Assembly (NCBI GenBank): GCA_040289515.1
Contig: PSLI01000040.1
Coordinates: 1-16,255, forward strand
DNA length: 16,255 bases
DNA from: Candidatus Sysuimicrobiota bacterium
GTDB lineage: Bacteria > Sysuimicrobiota > Sysuimicrobiia > Sysuimicrobiales > Sysuimicrobiaceae
Direction: 5' to 3'
How positions within the stretch are numbered: the stretch's first letter is position 1; each line of letters begins with the position of its first letter. The notes under the pieces are model-generated. The model ran no database searches and was not told the DNA's origin. It saw only the letters and a program-made list of their open reading frames with translations. The position numbers were made by a program, and so were the translations under genes. Positions 6,681 through 16,198 of the stretch are shown here, piece after piece.

Positions 6681-6954
6681 GCGGCCGTGCTAGGCGGGGA
6701 GCTGGCGGTTCCCTGTACCCCCGATCCGCCACAGGGGGGCTGAACTCCCGCCCGAGGCGGCGTGCCTGCGGGGCCGGTCCGCGCTCCCCGGCAAGGACGG
6801 CTGGGTCCTGCGCGACGGGGACCTGCGAACCCCGCCAGGTCCGGAAGGAAGCAACGGTAAGCAGGCCCTCCCGGGCGCCGCAGGGGCACCTGGCCGGAGT
6901 CGGGGCCACGGGTGCCGCCGCGGGCGTGCCCGTCGACGGTGGGTGCACGGCCGC
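6681..6954 (+). ncRNA. ffs: Signal recognition particle RNA, large bacterial type with Alu domain
   Basis: Domain IV consensus GAACCCCGCCAGGTCCGGAAGGAAGCAACGGTAAG (about 6827-6861). The 5' sequence GCCGTGCTAGGCGGGGAGCTGGCGGTTCCCTGTACC resembles Bacillus scRNA. Terminal stem GCGGCCGTGC (6681-6690) pairs with GCACGGCCGC (6945-6954). About 274 nt. Confidence 0.96.
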
Positions 6955-6960
6955 GAGCTT

Positions 6961-7848
6961 CTACCGCTGCGCGTACGCCACCACCAGGGCCACCAGGTTG
7001 TTGGCTGCATGCATGACCACCGCGGGCACCAGGCTGCCGGTGCGTTCCACGGCCACCGCGAACGCCCAGCCCAGCACCAGGATGGGCAGGAAGTTCACCA
7101 CCTGCAGGTGTACTGCCGCGAAGGCCGCCGCCACCGCCAGCCCCGCCGGTAGCGGGCTCAGATGCTGACGGGCTGCCCGGTACACGAGGCCTCGGAAGAA
7201 AGCCTCCTCCGCAAGGGGCACCACCCCGCCCACCAGCACTGCCAGCAGCGCCACCGCGGGCCAGTCCGCCAGGGCAGGCAGGGCCTGCACCAGGGGGTTG
7301 GCCCACTGCTCCAGCTCCGCCAGCAGGCGTGCCCGCTCGTGTCCGACCAGGAGGCCCAACAGGTACACGGCTGCAGGCTGGACGGCGTAATGCACCACGC
7401 CCACCAGGGGCACGGCCGCCAACCCGCCCACAGCCGCCCACCGCAGGGCACCGTGGCGGAACAGGCCTAGCCCGGACCACGTCTGACCGTGCCGGCGCAG
7501 GACCTGTCCGCAGCCGGACAGCAGCGCTGCGCTCTGCGCGGTCACCACCGCCGCCACCGCACCGAACCCCACCAGGGGTCCCACCACGAGGGTCGCTACC
7601 ACCGGCACCACCAGCAGCCCGAAGCAGGCCACCGCCAGGACCTCCGGGAATCCCCAGAATCGAGCGGGCGGCCGCGCAAGCAGCACGTACAGCGGGAACG
7701 CCACGGGGCCCCCTGCGGCCACCGCAAGGCCCCACCACCACGCTGCCCGCGTGTGGCCACGGGCGTCCTGGTAGACCCACAGGGCCGCGACAAGCTGCAG
7801 GGCCAGCAGGACCGCGCGGATGCTCAGCCCAAAGGTCTCCGGGCGCAC
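6961..7848 (-). CDS. CPBP family (type II CAAX/Abi) intramembrane glutamic endopeptidase
   Basis: Multiple hydrophobic segments with motifs AEEAFFRG, FAAVH and MHAANN. It has an extra N-terminal two-helix membrane segment (WVYQDARGH...PLYVLLARP). Confidence 0.93.
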   Translation of the reverse strand: MRPETFGLSIRAVLLALQLVAALWVYQDARGHTRAAWWWGLAVAAGGPVAFPLYVLLARPPARFWGFPEVLAVACFGLLVVPVVATLVVGPLVGFGAVAAVVTAQSAALLSGCGQVLRRHGQTWSGLGLFRHGALRWAAVGGLAAVPLVGVVHYAVQPAAVYLLGLLVGHERARLLAELEQWANPLVQALPALADWPAVALLAVLVGGVVPLAEEAFFRGLVYRAARQHLSPLPAGLAVAAAFAAVHLQVVNFLPILVLGWAFAVAVERTGSLVPAVVMHAANNLVALVVAYAQR

Positions 7849-7856
7849 TTCTCAGG

Positions 7857-7862
7857 TAGAAT
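7857..7862 (+). promoter_or_regulatory. Possible -10 element (TAGAAT) for the dnaX operon
   Basis: TAGAAT in the 42-nt divergent gap, 28 nt upstream of ATG 7891. No clear -35. Confidence 0.45.
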
Positions 7863-7890
7863 ACCAGTGTCGGTCGGCCTGCTCCGAGTC

Positions 7891-9498
7891 ATGGCGCACC
7901 TTTCCCTGTACCGCCGGTGGCGGCCCCAGGCCTTCGACGACGTGGTGGGCCAGGAAGCCGTCACCCGCACCCTCCGGGGGGCCCTCGCCTCCGGACGGAT
8001 CAGCCACGCGTACCTGTTCAGCGGCTACCGAGGCACGGGGAAGACCACCACCGCCCGCATTCTGGCCAAGGCGCTGAACTGCCAGCAGGGGCCCACCCCG
8101 GATCCGTGCAACCGGTGCGCCGCCTGCCGGGCCATCGGCGAGGGGTCCTCCCTGGACGTGGTGGAGCTGGATGCCGCCAGCAACCGCGGGATCGACGAGA
8201 TCCGGGAGATCCGGGAACGGGTCCGCCTGGCACCCGCCGCCAGCCGCTACAAGGTGTACATCCTGGACGAGGCGCACATGCTCACCACCGAGGCGGAGAA
8301 CGCCCTGCTGAAGACGCTGGAGGAACCTCCGCCCCACGTGGTGTTCGTCCTGGTGACCACGGAGCCCCACCGCCTGCCCACCACCATCCTGTCCCGGTGC
8401 CAGCGGTTCGAGTTCCGGCGCATCCCCACGGCGCTGGTGGTGGAGCGCCTGTCGCGCATCGCCCGCGAGGAAGGGCTGCAGGCAACACCCGGCGCCCTGC
8501 AGCTGATCGCGCGCGCTGCGGACGGGGCCCTCCGGGACGCAGAGAGCATCCTGGACCAGCTGGCCAGCAGTGCAGAAGGACCCATCACCGAAGCGGACGT
8601 GGTACGCCTTTTGGGCTTCGTGGAAGACGAGGTGGTGGACACGGTCATTCGGGCGGTGCAGGAGGCGGACGCGGCGGCGGCTTTGCGGGTGGCCGCACAA
8701 GTGGTGGACAGCGGACGGGACCCCCGGGCCGCCCTGCGGCGGCTGCTCCTGCACTTCCGCGATCTGCTCCTCCTGCGCATCTCCCCGGCCCTCGCGGACC
8801 TGGTGGACGTGCCCGCAGATCGCATCCCCCGGCTGACGGAACAGGCCGGTGCCTTCGAGCCGGAGGAGCTGCTGCGAGCCATCTCCGTGCTGCACGCCGC
8901 CGAGGGCGAGGTCCGCTGGAGCACGCAGCCCCGCCTCAGCCTGGAGCTGGCCCTTCTGCGGCTGGCGCGGCCGGACACGGACCCTACCGTGGAGGGGCTG
9001 CGGGGCCGGTTGCTGAAGCTGGAGCGGTTGGTGCACGGCAGGGCGGAGCCGTCCGCGGAGGCCACCACTGCGCAGCAACGCAGGGCCCCACAAGCGGACG
9101 GGCCCACCGTGCAGTCCCTGCTGCCCACGGATGCGGAACTACAGGTGGCCCTCAGCCGCTGGCCCCGCGTGCTGGAGGAGGTGAAGGCGAAGCGCGCGTA
9201 TACCTTCGCGCTGCTGGCAGACGCCCGGCCGGTGTCCCTGGCGGGCGACGAGCTGGTGCTGGAGTTCCCCGCGGGCGGGGAGTTCGCCGCCACCACCCTG
9301 CAGGACCCCCGCCACAGCAGCCTGGTGGAAGAGGCGATCCGGGAGGTCCTCGGCCGCCCGCTGCAGGTGCGGTTCGTGGTGGCCAACACACCCCGGACGC
9401 CTTCAAGGCGTCCCCGGGATCCCCTGGTGGACCAGGCCACGCACCTGCTCGGCCCTGCGGTGGCCTTCCGGCCCCTACAGCCGCCGGAGGAGGACTAG
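7891..9498 (+). CDS. dnaX: DNA polymerase III subunit gamma/tau
   Basis: LYRRWRPQAFDDVVGQE, Walker A GYRGTGKTT, Zn module CQQG..PCNRCAAC, Walker B ILDEAHML, NALLKTLEEPP and TILSRC. True start ATG 7891. Confidence 0.98.
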   Translation: MAHLSLYRRWRPQAFDDVVGQEAVTRTLRGALASGRISHAYLFSGYRGTGKTTTARILAKALNCQQGPTPDPCNRCAACRAIGEGSSLDVVELDAASNRGIDEIREIRERVRLAPAASRYKVYILDEAHMLTTEAENALLKTLEEPPPHVVFVLVTTEPHRLPTTILSRCQRFEFRRIPTALVVERLSRIAREEGLQATPGALQLIARAADGALRDAESILDQLASSAEGPITEADVVRLLGFVEDEVVDTVIRAVQEADAAAALRVAAQVVDSGRDPRAALRRLLLHFRDLLLLRISPALADLVDVPADRIPRLTEQAGAFEPEELLRAISVLHAAEGEVRWSTQPRLSLELALLRLARPDTDPTVEGLRGRLLKLERLVHGRAEPSAEATTAQQRRAPQADGPTVQSLLPTDAELQVALSRWPRVLEEVKAKRAYTFALLADARPVSLAGDELVLEFPAGGEFAATTLQDPRHSSLVEEAIREVLGRPLQVRFVVANTPRTPSRRPRDPLVDQATHLLGPAVAFRPLQPPEED

Positions 9499-9519
9499 GA
9501 ACGGAAGCCGAGGTGGACC

Positions 9520-9834
9520 GTGCGCGACATGAGCAAGGTGCTGCGACAGGTGCAGAAGGTGCAGGAGGAGTTCGCCCGGGTGCAGGAGGAGCTGTCGCAG
9601 GACCGCGTGGAGGCCACCGCGGGGGGCGGTGTGGTGCGCGTGGTGGCGGACGGACACGGCCGCGTGCTGGAGGTCCACATCGCGGCCGAGGCGGTGGACC
9701 CCGCGGACGTGCAGACCCTGGAGGACCTGGTGCTGGCCGCGGTGAGCCAGGCTCAGGAGCAGGCCCGCCTTCGGGCGGAGGAGCGGTTGCGAGGCGTGGC
9801 GGGCGGCTTCAGCCTTCCCGGCCTGCTGCCCTGA
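9520..9834 (+). CDS. ybaB: YbaB/EbfC family nucleoid-associated protein
   Basis: [30 protein letters not shown] and LPGL tail, in the conserved position between dnaX and recR. Confidence 0.95.
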   Translation: MRDMSKVLRQVQKVQEEFARVQEELSQDRVEATAGGGVVRVVADGHGRVLEVHIAAEAVDPADVQTLEDLVLAAVSQAQEQARLRAEERLRGVAGGFSLPGLLP

Positions 9835-9841
9835 AGGACCC

Positions 9842-10435
9842 GTGCTCCCGGAAGCTTTGGCGCGTCTGGTGGAGCGGCTGTCAAGGCTGCCCACCGTGGG
9901 CCCGAAGACGGCGCAGCGTCTGGCGCTGCACGTGCTGAGGATGCCGGAGGAGGAGGTGCGTCAGCTGGCCGAAGCCCTCCTGGAGGCCAAGGCCCGCATC
10001 CGACCCTGCTCGGTGTGCTTCCACCTCACCGACACCGACCCCTGCACCATCTGCGCCAGCCCCGACCGTGACCCCTGGGTGCTGTGCGTGGTAGAGGACT
10101 CCCGGGACGTGCTGGCCATGGAGCGGGCCCGGGAGTTTCGCGGCCGGTACCACGTGCTGGGAGGAGCCATCTCCCCCCTGGACGGGGTGGGGCCGGAGGA
10201 TCTGCGCATCCGCGAGCTGCTGGACCGGCTGCACACGGGACAGGTGCGGGAGGTTATCGTGGCCACCAACCCGCGCGTGGAGGGGGACGCCACGGCCCTG
10301 TACCTCGCGCGCCTGATCCGGCCCCTGGGCATCCGCGTCACCCGGCTAGCCCACGGGCTGCCCGTGGGGGGGGACCTGGAGTACGCGGACGAGGTGACCC
10401 TGGCGAGGGCTTTGGAGGGACGACGCGACCTGTAG
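9842..10435 (+). CDS. recR: Recombination mediator RecR
   Basis: Hh[15 protein letters not shown]4 finger [28 protein letters not shown], and [16 protein letters not shown]. Confidence 0.98.
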   Translation: MLPEALARLVERLSRLPTVGPKTAQRLALHVLRMPEEEVRQLAEALLEAKARIRPCSVCFHLTDTDPCTICASPDRDPWVLCVVEDSRDVLAMERAREFRGRYHVLGGAISPLDGVGPEDLRIRELLDRLHTGQVREVIVATNPRVEGDATALYLARLIRPLGIRVTRLAHGLPVGGDLEYADEVTLARALEGRRDL

Positions 10436-10489
10436 GGGCTTGGTGGGCGCGGTGCGCGGCACCGCTGTATACTGGCCTGGGAGCACGTC

Positions 10490-10960
10490 ATGGATTATGT
10501 CAGCCCTACCCTGGGCCGACTCACCTTCGAGGAGATGTTCCGCCACCTGGTGGCCTTCGTGGAGGAGCAGCCCGAGCGTCCGTACCACCTCATCGTGGGC
10601 ACCGACTCGGTGGTTTCAGACCACACGTGCTTTGTCACCGCCATCGTGATCCACCGGGTCGGGCAGGGGGGCCGGTACTTCTACCGCAAGCAGTACGGCC
10701 GCAAGATGGACAGCCTCCGCCAGCGCATCCTGTACGAGGTGTCCCTGAGCCTGGAGGTGGCCTCGCGCCTCTCCGGGGGGCTGGCCCGCAACGGACACTC
10801 GCAGCTGCCCATCGAGATCCACGTGGACGTGGGTGACCGGGGAGACACCAAGTCCATCATCCGCGAGGTGGTGGGCATGGTGACGGGCTCTGGGTACGCG
10901 GCCAAGACCAAGCCCGAAGCCTACGGGGCCAGCAAGGTGGCGGACAAGCACTCCAAGTAA
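10490..10960 (+). CDS. Ribonuclease H-like YkuK family protein (DUF458)
   Basis: LIVGTDS, TAIVIHRVGQGG, LRQRILYEVSLS, IEIHVDVG and KPEAYGASKVADKH. GGAG RBS upstream. Confidence 0.9.
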   Translation: MDYVSPTLGRLTFEEMFRHLVAFVEEQPERPYHLIVGTDSVVSDHTCFVTAIVIHRVGQGGRYFYRKQYGRKMDSLRQRILYEVSLSLEVASRLSGGLARNGHSQLPIEIHVDVGDRGDTKSIIREVVGMVTGSGYAAKTKPEAYGASKVADKHSK

Positions 10961-11279
10961 AACCTGGCCTCAGGGCTCCTGCGGGGGTGGTTTGGGGCGG
11001 CAGCCGGCGGCTGGTGTTGCGGCCCGCTCGCCAGCTGCGCCGCGCGGCAACCCGCAGGTCGGCGAACGCGACGTCCTCCAACACAGCCCACACAGCAACG
11101 AGGGCCCCTCCCGCCACCAGAGCGCGCGCCACCGCGTAGCCCATCTGGCGCCGGAAGGAGCTCCAGGCCGCCTCCCTAGGCGGCCATAGCACCACCAACT
11201 GGCTGGAAAGGATCACGCAGACCTTCTGGTAGCGGCCGTGGGGCAATCCCGCGGCAAACCCCCGATGCGCTTCAGCCGG

Positions 11280-12737
11280 TCACGGGCCCGGCTTCCACCG
11301 CAGGTCCGGGTGACGGGCAGCCCGCACTTCATCCAGCCGCCCCACGGGTGTGGTGTGGGGCGCAGTGCGGACCCGCTCGGGGTCCTCCCGGCACTCCCGG
11401 TCGATGGCGATCATGGCTTCCACGAAGGCGTCCAGCGTTTGCAGGCTTTCCGTCTCGGTGGGCTCCACCATGAGGGCCTCTTCCACGATGAGGGGGAAGT
11501 ATACCGTGGGGGCGTGGAACCCGTAGTCCAGAAGCCGCTTGGCGATGTCCCGGGTGGTCACCCCATCCCGCTTCTTCTGGCGGGCCCCAGAGGCCACGAA
11601 CTCGTGCTTGCAGATGCGGTCGTACGGGACGTCGTAGTAGGGCGCTAGGCGCACCCGCAGATAGTTGGCATGCAGCACCGCGTGCTCCGCCACCGCCCGC
11701 AGTCCGTCTGCGCCCAGGGTGCGCAGGTACGCGTACGCCCGCACCAGGTTGGCGAAGTTACCGTAGAAAGCCCGCACCCGCCCCACGGACTGCGGGCGGT
11801 CGAAGTCCAGGCGGTACCGGTCCGCCTCCCGCACCACCACGGGCACGGGCAGAAACGGCTCCAGGTGCGCCTTCACCGCCACCACCCCGGCCCCCGGGCC
11901 GCCCCCGCCGTGTGGGGTCGAGAAGGTCTTGTGCAGGTTCATGTGCATCACGTCGAACCCCTGGTCCCCCGGGCGTGTGATGCCCACCATGGCGTTGAAG
12001 TTAGCGCCGTCCAGGTACATCTGGGCCCCCACCGCGTGGACCCGCTCCGCGATGCGGTCCACGTGCTCCTCGAACAGGCCCAGGGTGTTGGGGTTGGTGA
12101 GCATGAGGGCCGCCGTGTGGTGGTCCAGGTGCTGCTTCAGGGCCCTGAGGTCCAGGTTACCCCGCGGGTCCGAGGGGACCGTGACCACCTCGTAGCCCAC
12201 CATGGCCGCGGTGGCGGGGTTGGTGCCGTGGGCGGAGTCCGGCACCAGGACCTTGCTCCGCCGCTCCCCCCGGGAGGCGAAGTACGCCCGGACCACGAGC
12301 AGCCCCACCAGCTCGCCGTGGGCGCCCGCCGCGGGCTGAAGGCTCACCGCGTCCATCCCTGCAAGTTCCCGCAGCTCCTCCCCCAGCTCCCAGAGCAGCT
12401 GCAGGGCTCCCTGCACCAACTCCTCGGGCGTGTAGGGGTGCAGGCGGCTAAACCCCGGAAGCCGCCCCGCCTCCTCGTGCAGCTTGGGGTTGTACTTCAT
12501 GGTGCACGAACCCAGCGGGTAGAAGCCCTCGTCGATGGAGTAGTTACGGTGGCTCAGGCGGGTGTAGTGGCGCACCACCTCTAGCTCGCTAACTTCCGGC
12601 AGGGCCGGGGGCCGCTGCCGCAGGGCGTGATGCGGGACCAGCTCTTCCAGCGGACGGGCCGGCACGTCCGGCTCCGGCAACCCGTAGCCCCGCCGCCCGG
12701 AGACGCTGCGCTCGAAGATGAGGGGGAAGTCCGTCAC
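11280..12737 (-). CDS. gcvPB: Glycine dehydrogenase (decarboxylating) subunit 2
   Basis: [39 protein letters not shown], and [16 protein letters not shown] (PLP Lys). Start GTG 12737 overlaps the gcvPA stop (GTGA), with RBS GGGAGG. Confidence 0.97.
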   Translation of the reverse strand: MTDFPLIFERSVSGRRGYGLPEPDVPARPLEELVPHHALRQRPPALPEVSELEVVRHYTRLSHRNYSIDEGFYPLGSCTMKYNPKLHEEAGRLPGFSRLHPYTPEELVQGALQLLWELGEELRELAGMDAVSLQPAAGAHGELVGLLVVRAYFASRGERRSKVLVPDSAHGTNPATAAMVGYEVVTVPSDPRGNLDLRALKQHLDHHTAALMLTNPNTLGLFEEHVDRIAERVHAVGAQMYLDGANFNAMVGITRPGDQGFDVMHMNLHKTFSTPHGGGGPGAGVVAVKAHLEPFLPVPVVVREADRYRLDFDRPQSVGRVRAFYGNFANLVRAYAYLRTLGADGLRAVAEHAVLHANYLRVRLAPYYDVPYDRICKHEFVASGARQKKRDGVTTRDIAKRLLDYGFHAPTVYFPLIVEEALMVEPTETESLQTLDAFVEAMIAIDRECREDPERVRTAPHTTPVGRLDEVRAARHPDLRWKPGP

Positions 12738-14104
12738 CTTCTGCCTCCCACTGCCGCCCGGCCCCTTCGGGAAGCCCGGGCCAGCGCCTCCACGAACCGG
12801 TCGATCTCGTCGCGGGTGCGGGTCTCTGTCACGCACACCAACAGCGCGTTCTGCATGCCCCGGTAAAACCGCCCCAGGGGCAGCCCCGCCAGGAACCCCT
12901 CCCGGGCCACGGCGCGCACCAGGGCCGCAGCCGGGCGCGGGGTGCGCACCACGAACTCGTGGAAGGTGGGCGCCGCAAAAAGCACACCGACCCCCTCCAG
13001 CTGCGCCACCTGCGCCTTCAGGTAGTGGGCCTTGCGCAGGCACAGCTCCGCTACCTGTCGCACGCCCTGGGGGCCCAGCAGGCTCAGGTACACCGCCGCG
13101 GCCAGGGCGTTGAGCGCCTCGTTGGTGCAGATGTTGCTGGTCGCCTTCTCCCGGCGGATGTGCTGCTCCCGCGTCTGCAGGGTCAGCACGAAGCCCCGCC
13201 GCCCGTACCGGTCCACGGTGGCCCCCACCAGGCGCCCCGGCATGCGACGCACGAACTTGTTCCGCGTGGCGATGATCCCCAAATACGGCCCCCCGAAGTT
13301 CAGGGGGTTGCCCAGGGGCTGCCCCTCTGCCGCCACGATGTCCGCACCCAAAGCTCCCGGGGGTTCCAGAAGGCCGAAGGCCAGGGGATCCGAGCACGCC
13401 ACCACCAGCAGGGCGCCCACCCGGTGGGCCACCTCCGCCCAACCCCGCACGTCCTCCAGGCAGCCGAAAAAGTTGGGGTGCTGCACCACCACGGCCGCAG
13501 TCCGGGTGTCTACGGCACGCGGGTCTGCGGGCGTGATACCGCCCTCGTGCCTGCGCTCCACCACCTGGATCCCCAGCGGCTCCGTGTAGGTGCGCAACAC
13601 TTGCCGGTACTCCGGGTGCACCGCCTGGCTTACCACCACCCGATCACGCCCCGTGAGGTCGCGGGCCATCACCGCCGCCTCCCCAAGGGCGGAAGCACCG
13701 TCGTACATGGAGGCGTTCGCCACCTCCATCCCCAGCAGCTCGCACACCATGGTCTGGTACTCGTAGGTGGCCTGCAGCTCGCCCTGCATCACCTCCGCCT
13801 GGTAGGGGGTGTACGCGGTCAGGAACTCCCCCCGCCCCGCCAGCTGCCACACCGCGGGCGGTACGAAGTGGTCGTACGCACCCGCGCCCACGAAGCAGGC
13901 GAGGCGGTCTGCATGCGCGTTGCGCTCCGCCAGACCCCCCAGGTACCGCAGGACCTCCGGGTCGCTGAGGACGGGCCGCAGGCGCAGGGGCCGGCCCAGC
14001 CGGACGCTCTGCGGCACGTCCGCGAACAGGTCCTCCACGGAGCGAACGCCGATGACCTCCAGCATGCGCCGGCGCTCTTCCGGAGTGGTGGGAATGTACC
14101 GCAC
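12734..14104 (-). CDS. gcvPA: Glycine dehydrogenase (decarboxylating) subunit 1
   Basis: [37 protein letters not shown] and [20 protein letters not shown]. Confidence 0.97.
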   Translation of the reverse strand: MRYIPTTPEERRRMLEVIGVRSVEDLFADVPQSVRLGRPLRLRPVLSDPEVLRYLGGLAERNAHADRLACFVGAGAYDHFVPPAVWQLAGRGEFLTAYTPYQAEVMQGELQATYEYQTMVCELLGMEVANASMYDGASALGEAAVMARDLTGRDRVVVSQAVHPEYRQVLRTYTEPLGIQVVERRHEGGITPADPRAVDTRTAAVVVQHPNFFGCLEDVRGWAEVAHRVGALLVVACSDPLAFGLLEPPGALGADIVAAEGQPLGNPLNFGGPYLGIIATRNKFVRRMPGRLVGATVDRYGRRGFVLTLQTREQHIRREKATSNICTNEALNALAAAVYLSLLGPQGVRQVAELCLRKAHYLKAQVAQLEGVGVLFAAPTFHEFVVRTPRPAAALVRAVAREGFLAGLPLGRFYRGMQNALLVCVTETRTRDEIDRFVEALARASRRGRAAVGGRR

Positions 14105-14484
14105 TACGCCTCCCCCACGTGCTGGCGGTACGCCTGGGCGTCCATGAGCCGCTCCAGCTCAGCTGGGTCGCTCATCTCCACCACGATCATCCAGCCCTCC
14201 CCGTGCGGGTCCTGGTTCACGAGCTCCGGGTGGTCCTGTAGGCGCTCGTTCACCTCCACCACGCGCCCGGAGACCGGCGCGTACAGCTCGCTGGCCGCCT
14301 TCACGGACTCCACCACCCCGAAGGGCTGCATGAAGCGCACCTCCGCCCCCACAGGCGGCAGCTCCACGTACACCACGTCCGTGAGGCGGTCCGCCGCGAA
14401 CCGCGTGATGCCCACCCGCGCCCGGCCGTCCTCCGGCTTGGCCCACTCGTGCTCCCTGCTGTAGCGGTATTCCTCGGGGTACAC
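14104..14484 (-). CDS. gcvH: Glycine cleavage system H protein
   Basis: YSREHEW, VGIT, VESVKAASE (lipoyl Lys) and PELVNQDPHGEGW. Start GTG 14484 after AGGAGG. Confidence 0.97.
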   Translation of the reverse strand: MYPEEYRYSREHEWAKPEDGRARVGITRFAADRLTDVVYVELPPVGAEVRFMQPFGVVESVKAASELYAPVSGRVVEVNERLQDHPELVNQDPHGEGWMIVVEMSDPAELERLMDAQAYRQHVGEA

Positions 14485-14516
14485 GGCTACCTCCTGTCCG
14501 GGGTTCGACAGCCCCA

Positions 14517-15995
14517 CTATATCCCATGCCCGGAAGGCCTCCGGTAAAAGGGAAGCCGCACCACCTGCGCGGGCACCTGCTGGCCGCGGATCTCCACCGC
14601 CACCTGTGTGCCGGGCGCTGCCAGCTCTGAGGGCAGATACGCGAGGGCGATGCTGCGCTCCACCGAAGGGCCGAAGGTGCCGCTGGTAACCCGTCCCACC
14701 ACCGCGCCGTCCCAAAGGACCGCGCAGCCGGGCCGCGCGAGGGCGCGTCCGGCTAGCACCAAGCCGCACAGACGCCGGTGCACCTCCTCCCTCCGCCGCC
14801 GCAGGGCCCCGGCCCCCACGAACTGCCGGCCTTCCAGCTTGACCGTCCAGCCCAGGCCGGCTTCCCACGGCGTGGTGCTCTCGTCCGCATCCTGACCGTA
14901 CAGTAGGTAACCCGCCTCCAGCCGCAGGGTGTCGCGCGCGCCCAGCCCGCACGGGACAGCGCCTCTGGACACCAGGGTGTCCCACACCGCCACCGCGTCC
15001 GGCCAGTCCGTGAGAATCTCGAAACCGTCCTCCCCCGTGTAACCGGTGCGGGAAATCCGCGCCGGCACCCCTGCCACCTGCACGGGAGGCGTCACGTGGA
15101 AGCGGGGCAGCTGAGCCAGGTCAACCTCCACCACCTGCTGCAGCAGCTCCTGCGCCCGCGGGCCCTGCAGGGCCAGCAGGGAGGTCAAAAACGACGCGTC
15201 GCACACCTCGCAGTCCTCTGCGTGCTCCCGCACCCACTGGGCGTCCACTTCCCGCCGGGCCGCATTCACCACCAGGAGGAACTCCTCCTCGCCCAGACGG
15301 TAGGCCACGAGGTCGTCCAACATCCCGCCGTCCTCCCGGCACATGGGCGTGTACAGGGCCTGTCCTACCCGAAGCCGACGCGGGTCGTTGCACAGCAGTC
15401 CCTCCAGGGTCCGAAGGGCCCCCTGGCCCCGCACCCGCACCTCCCCCATGTGGGAGACGTCGAACAGCCCGGCCCCCGTTCGCACGGCCCGGTGCTCGGC
15501 CACGATCCCCCGGTACTGCACCGGCATCTCCCAGCCCGCAAACTCCACCATGCGCGCCCCCAGCTCCACGTGTCGGCGGTGAAGGGCTGTGCGCAGGAGT
15601 GTCCCCCTGGGGATCTGGAAGCCCTGCCGCGCCGCCCAGCCCCGCAGCCGTTCGGTCCACGACACGTACGCCTGCGCGAGCAACGCCACCGCGCCCCCTT
15701 CCACCCCGGAGGTGCCCGCCAAACCGTCCACCCCTGCGCGCAGCTCCGCAGCCAGCTTTTCCAGGTCCAGGTTCGCCCAGCGCTCCACCGACTCGCCGTC
15801 CGGCTGCCCGCACGGATCCGGCTTTCGCCCCTCGGTGGCCAGCTGGCGGGCCTGCCCCACGAGGTGTGCAGCGACCTCCCTCGGAGTCCACCGTTCCACG
15901 CGGCCGTCGCGCAGGGACGCCGGTACCGCCCGCAGCAGGCTTTCTAGCTCACCTGCGGCCGCGCGCAGGTGAGCTAGCGCCTCCTCACGGTCCAC
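14517..15995 (-). CDS. gcvT: Glycine cleavage aminomethyltransferase T with an N-terminal DinB-like extension of about 130 aa
   Basis: The GcvT core begins at LLRTALH..LGARMVEFAGWEMPVQY and includes FDVSHMG, SRTGYTGEDGFE and GLGARDTLRLEAG. The upstream in-frame part contains WTPREVAAHL. RBS GGAGG precedes GTG 15995. Confidence 0.95.
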   Translation of the reverse strand: MDREEALAHLRAAAGELESLLRAVPASLRDGRVERWTPREVAAHLVGQARQLATEGRKPDPCGQPDGESVERWANLDLEKLAAELRAGVDGLAGTSGVEGGAVALLAQAYVSWTERLRGWAARQGFQIPRGTLLRTALHRRHVELGARMVEFAGWEMPVQYRGIVAEHRAVRTGAGLFDVSHMGEVRVRGQGALRTLEGLLCNDPRRLRVGQALYTPMCREDGGMLDDLVAYRLGEEEFLLVVNAARREVDAQWVREHAEDCEVCDASFLTSLLALQGPRAQELLQQVVEVDLAQLPRFHVTPPVQVAGVPARISRTGYTGEDGFEILTDWPDAVAVWDTLVSRGAVPCGLGARDTLRLEAGYLLYGQDADESTTPWEAGLGWTVKLEGRQFVGAGALRRRREEVHRRLCGLVLAGRALARPGCAVLWDGAVVGRVTSGTFGPSVERSIALAYLPSELAAPGTQVAVEIRGQQVPAQVVRLPFYRRPSGHGI

Positions 15996-16198
15996 CGCGG
16001 CCCTCCGGGGCCCTCCAGAACTCCTCGAGCAGGGCCCGCACCTCCTCGTCCGAGACCTGGGTGAAATCCTCGTAGAACTGACCCACCGCCACGAACAGGG
16101 GATCCTCCCGCACGCACATCACCTCGCAGCCCTCGGCGCGCAGCCGGCGCACCGCCTCGGGCGGCGCCACCGGCACCGCCACCACCACCCGCGCCGCC
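15985..16198 (-). CDS. Phosphoribosyltransferase family protein, 3' fragment
   Basis: AARVVVAVPVAP...FVAVGQFYEDFTQVSDEEVRALL is the typical C-terminus of uncharacterized type I PRTases. Its stop overlaps the gcvT start, and the 5' part is not in the window. Confidence 0.85.

Noticed and set aside
6616..6948. Long N-terminal extension of the DUF72 ORF (426 aa in the track)
   Set aside because: It is the antisense of the SRP RNA and its promoter, and an RBS-supported start exists at 6615.
6961..7848. CPBP (Abi-named) gene as an anti-phage system
   Set aside because: The family name does not imply defence, and there are no neighbouring defence genes.
7489..7890. N-terminal extension of DnaX (669 aa in the track)
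   Set aside because: It overlaps the CPBP gene on the opposite strand, and DnaX homology starts at ATG 7891.
7891..9498. Programmed frameshift or slippage site producing the gamma subunit
   Set aside because: No A-AAA-AAG heptamer or long A/T run is visible in dnaX.
12738..13442. Apparent 720-aa GcvPB
   Set aside because: The extension is an alternative frame of gcvPA. The real start is GTG 12737 with RBS and GTGA coupling.
14485..14985. Apparent 293-aa GcvH
   Set aside because: The extension overlaps gcvT in another frame. AGGAGG supports the start at 14484.
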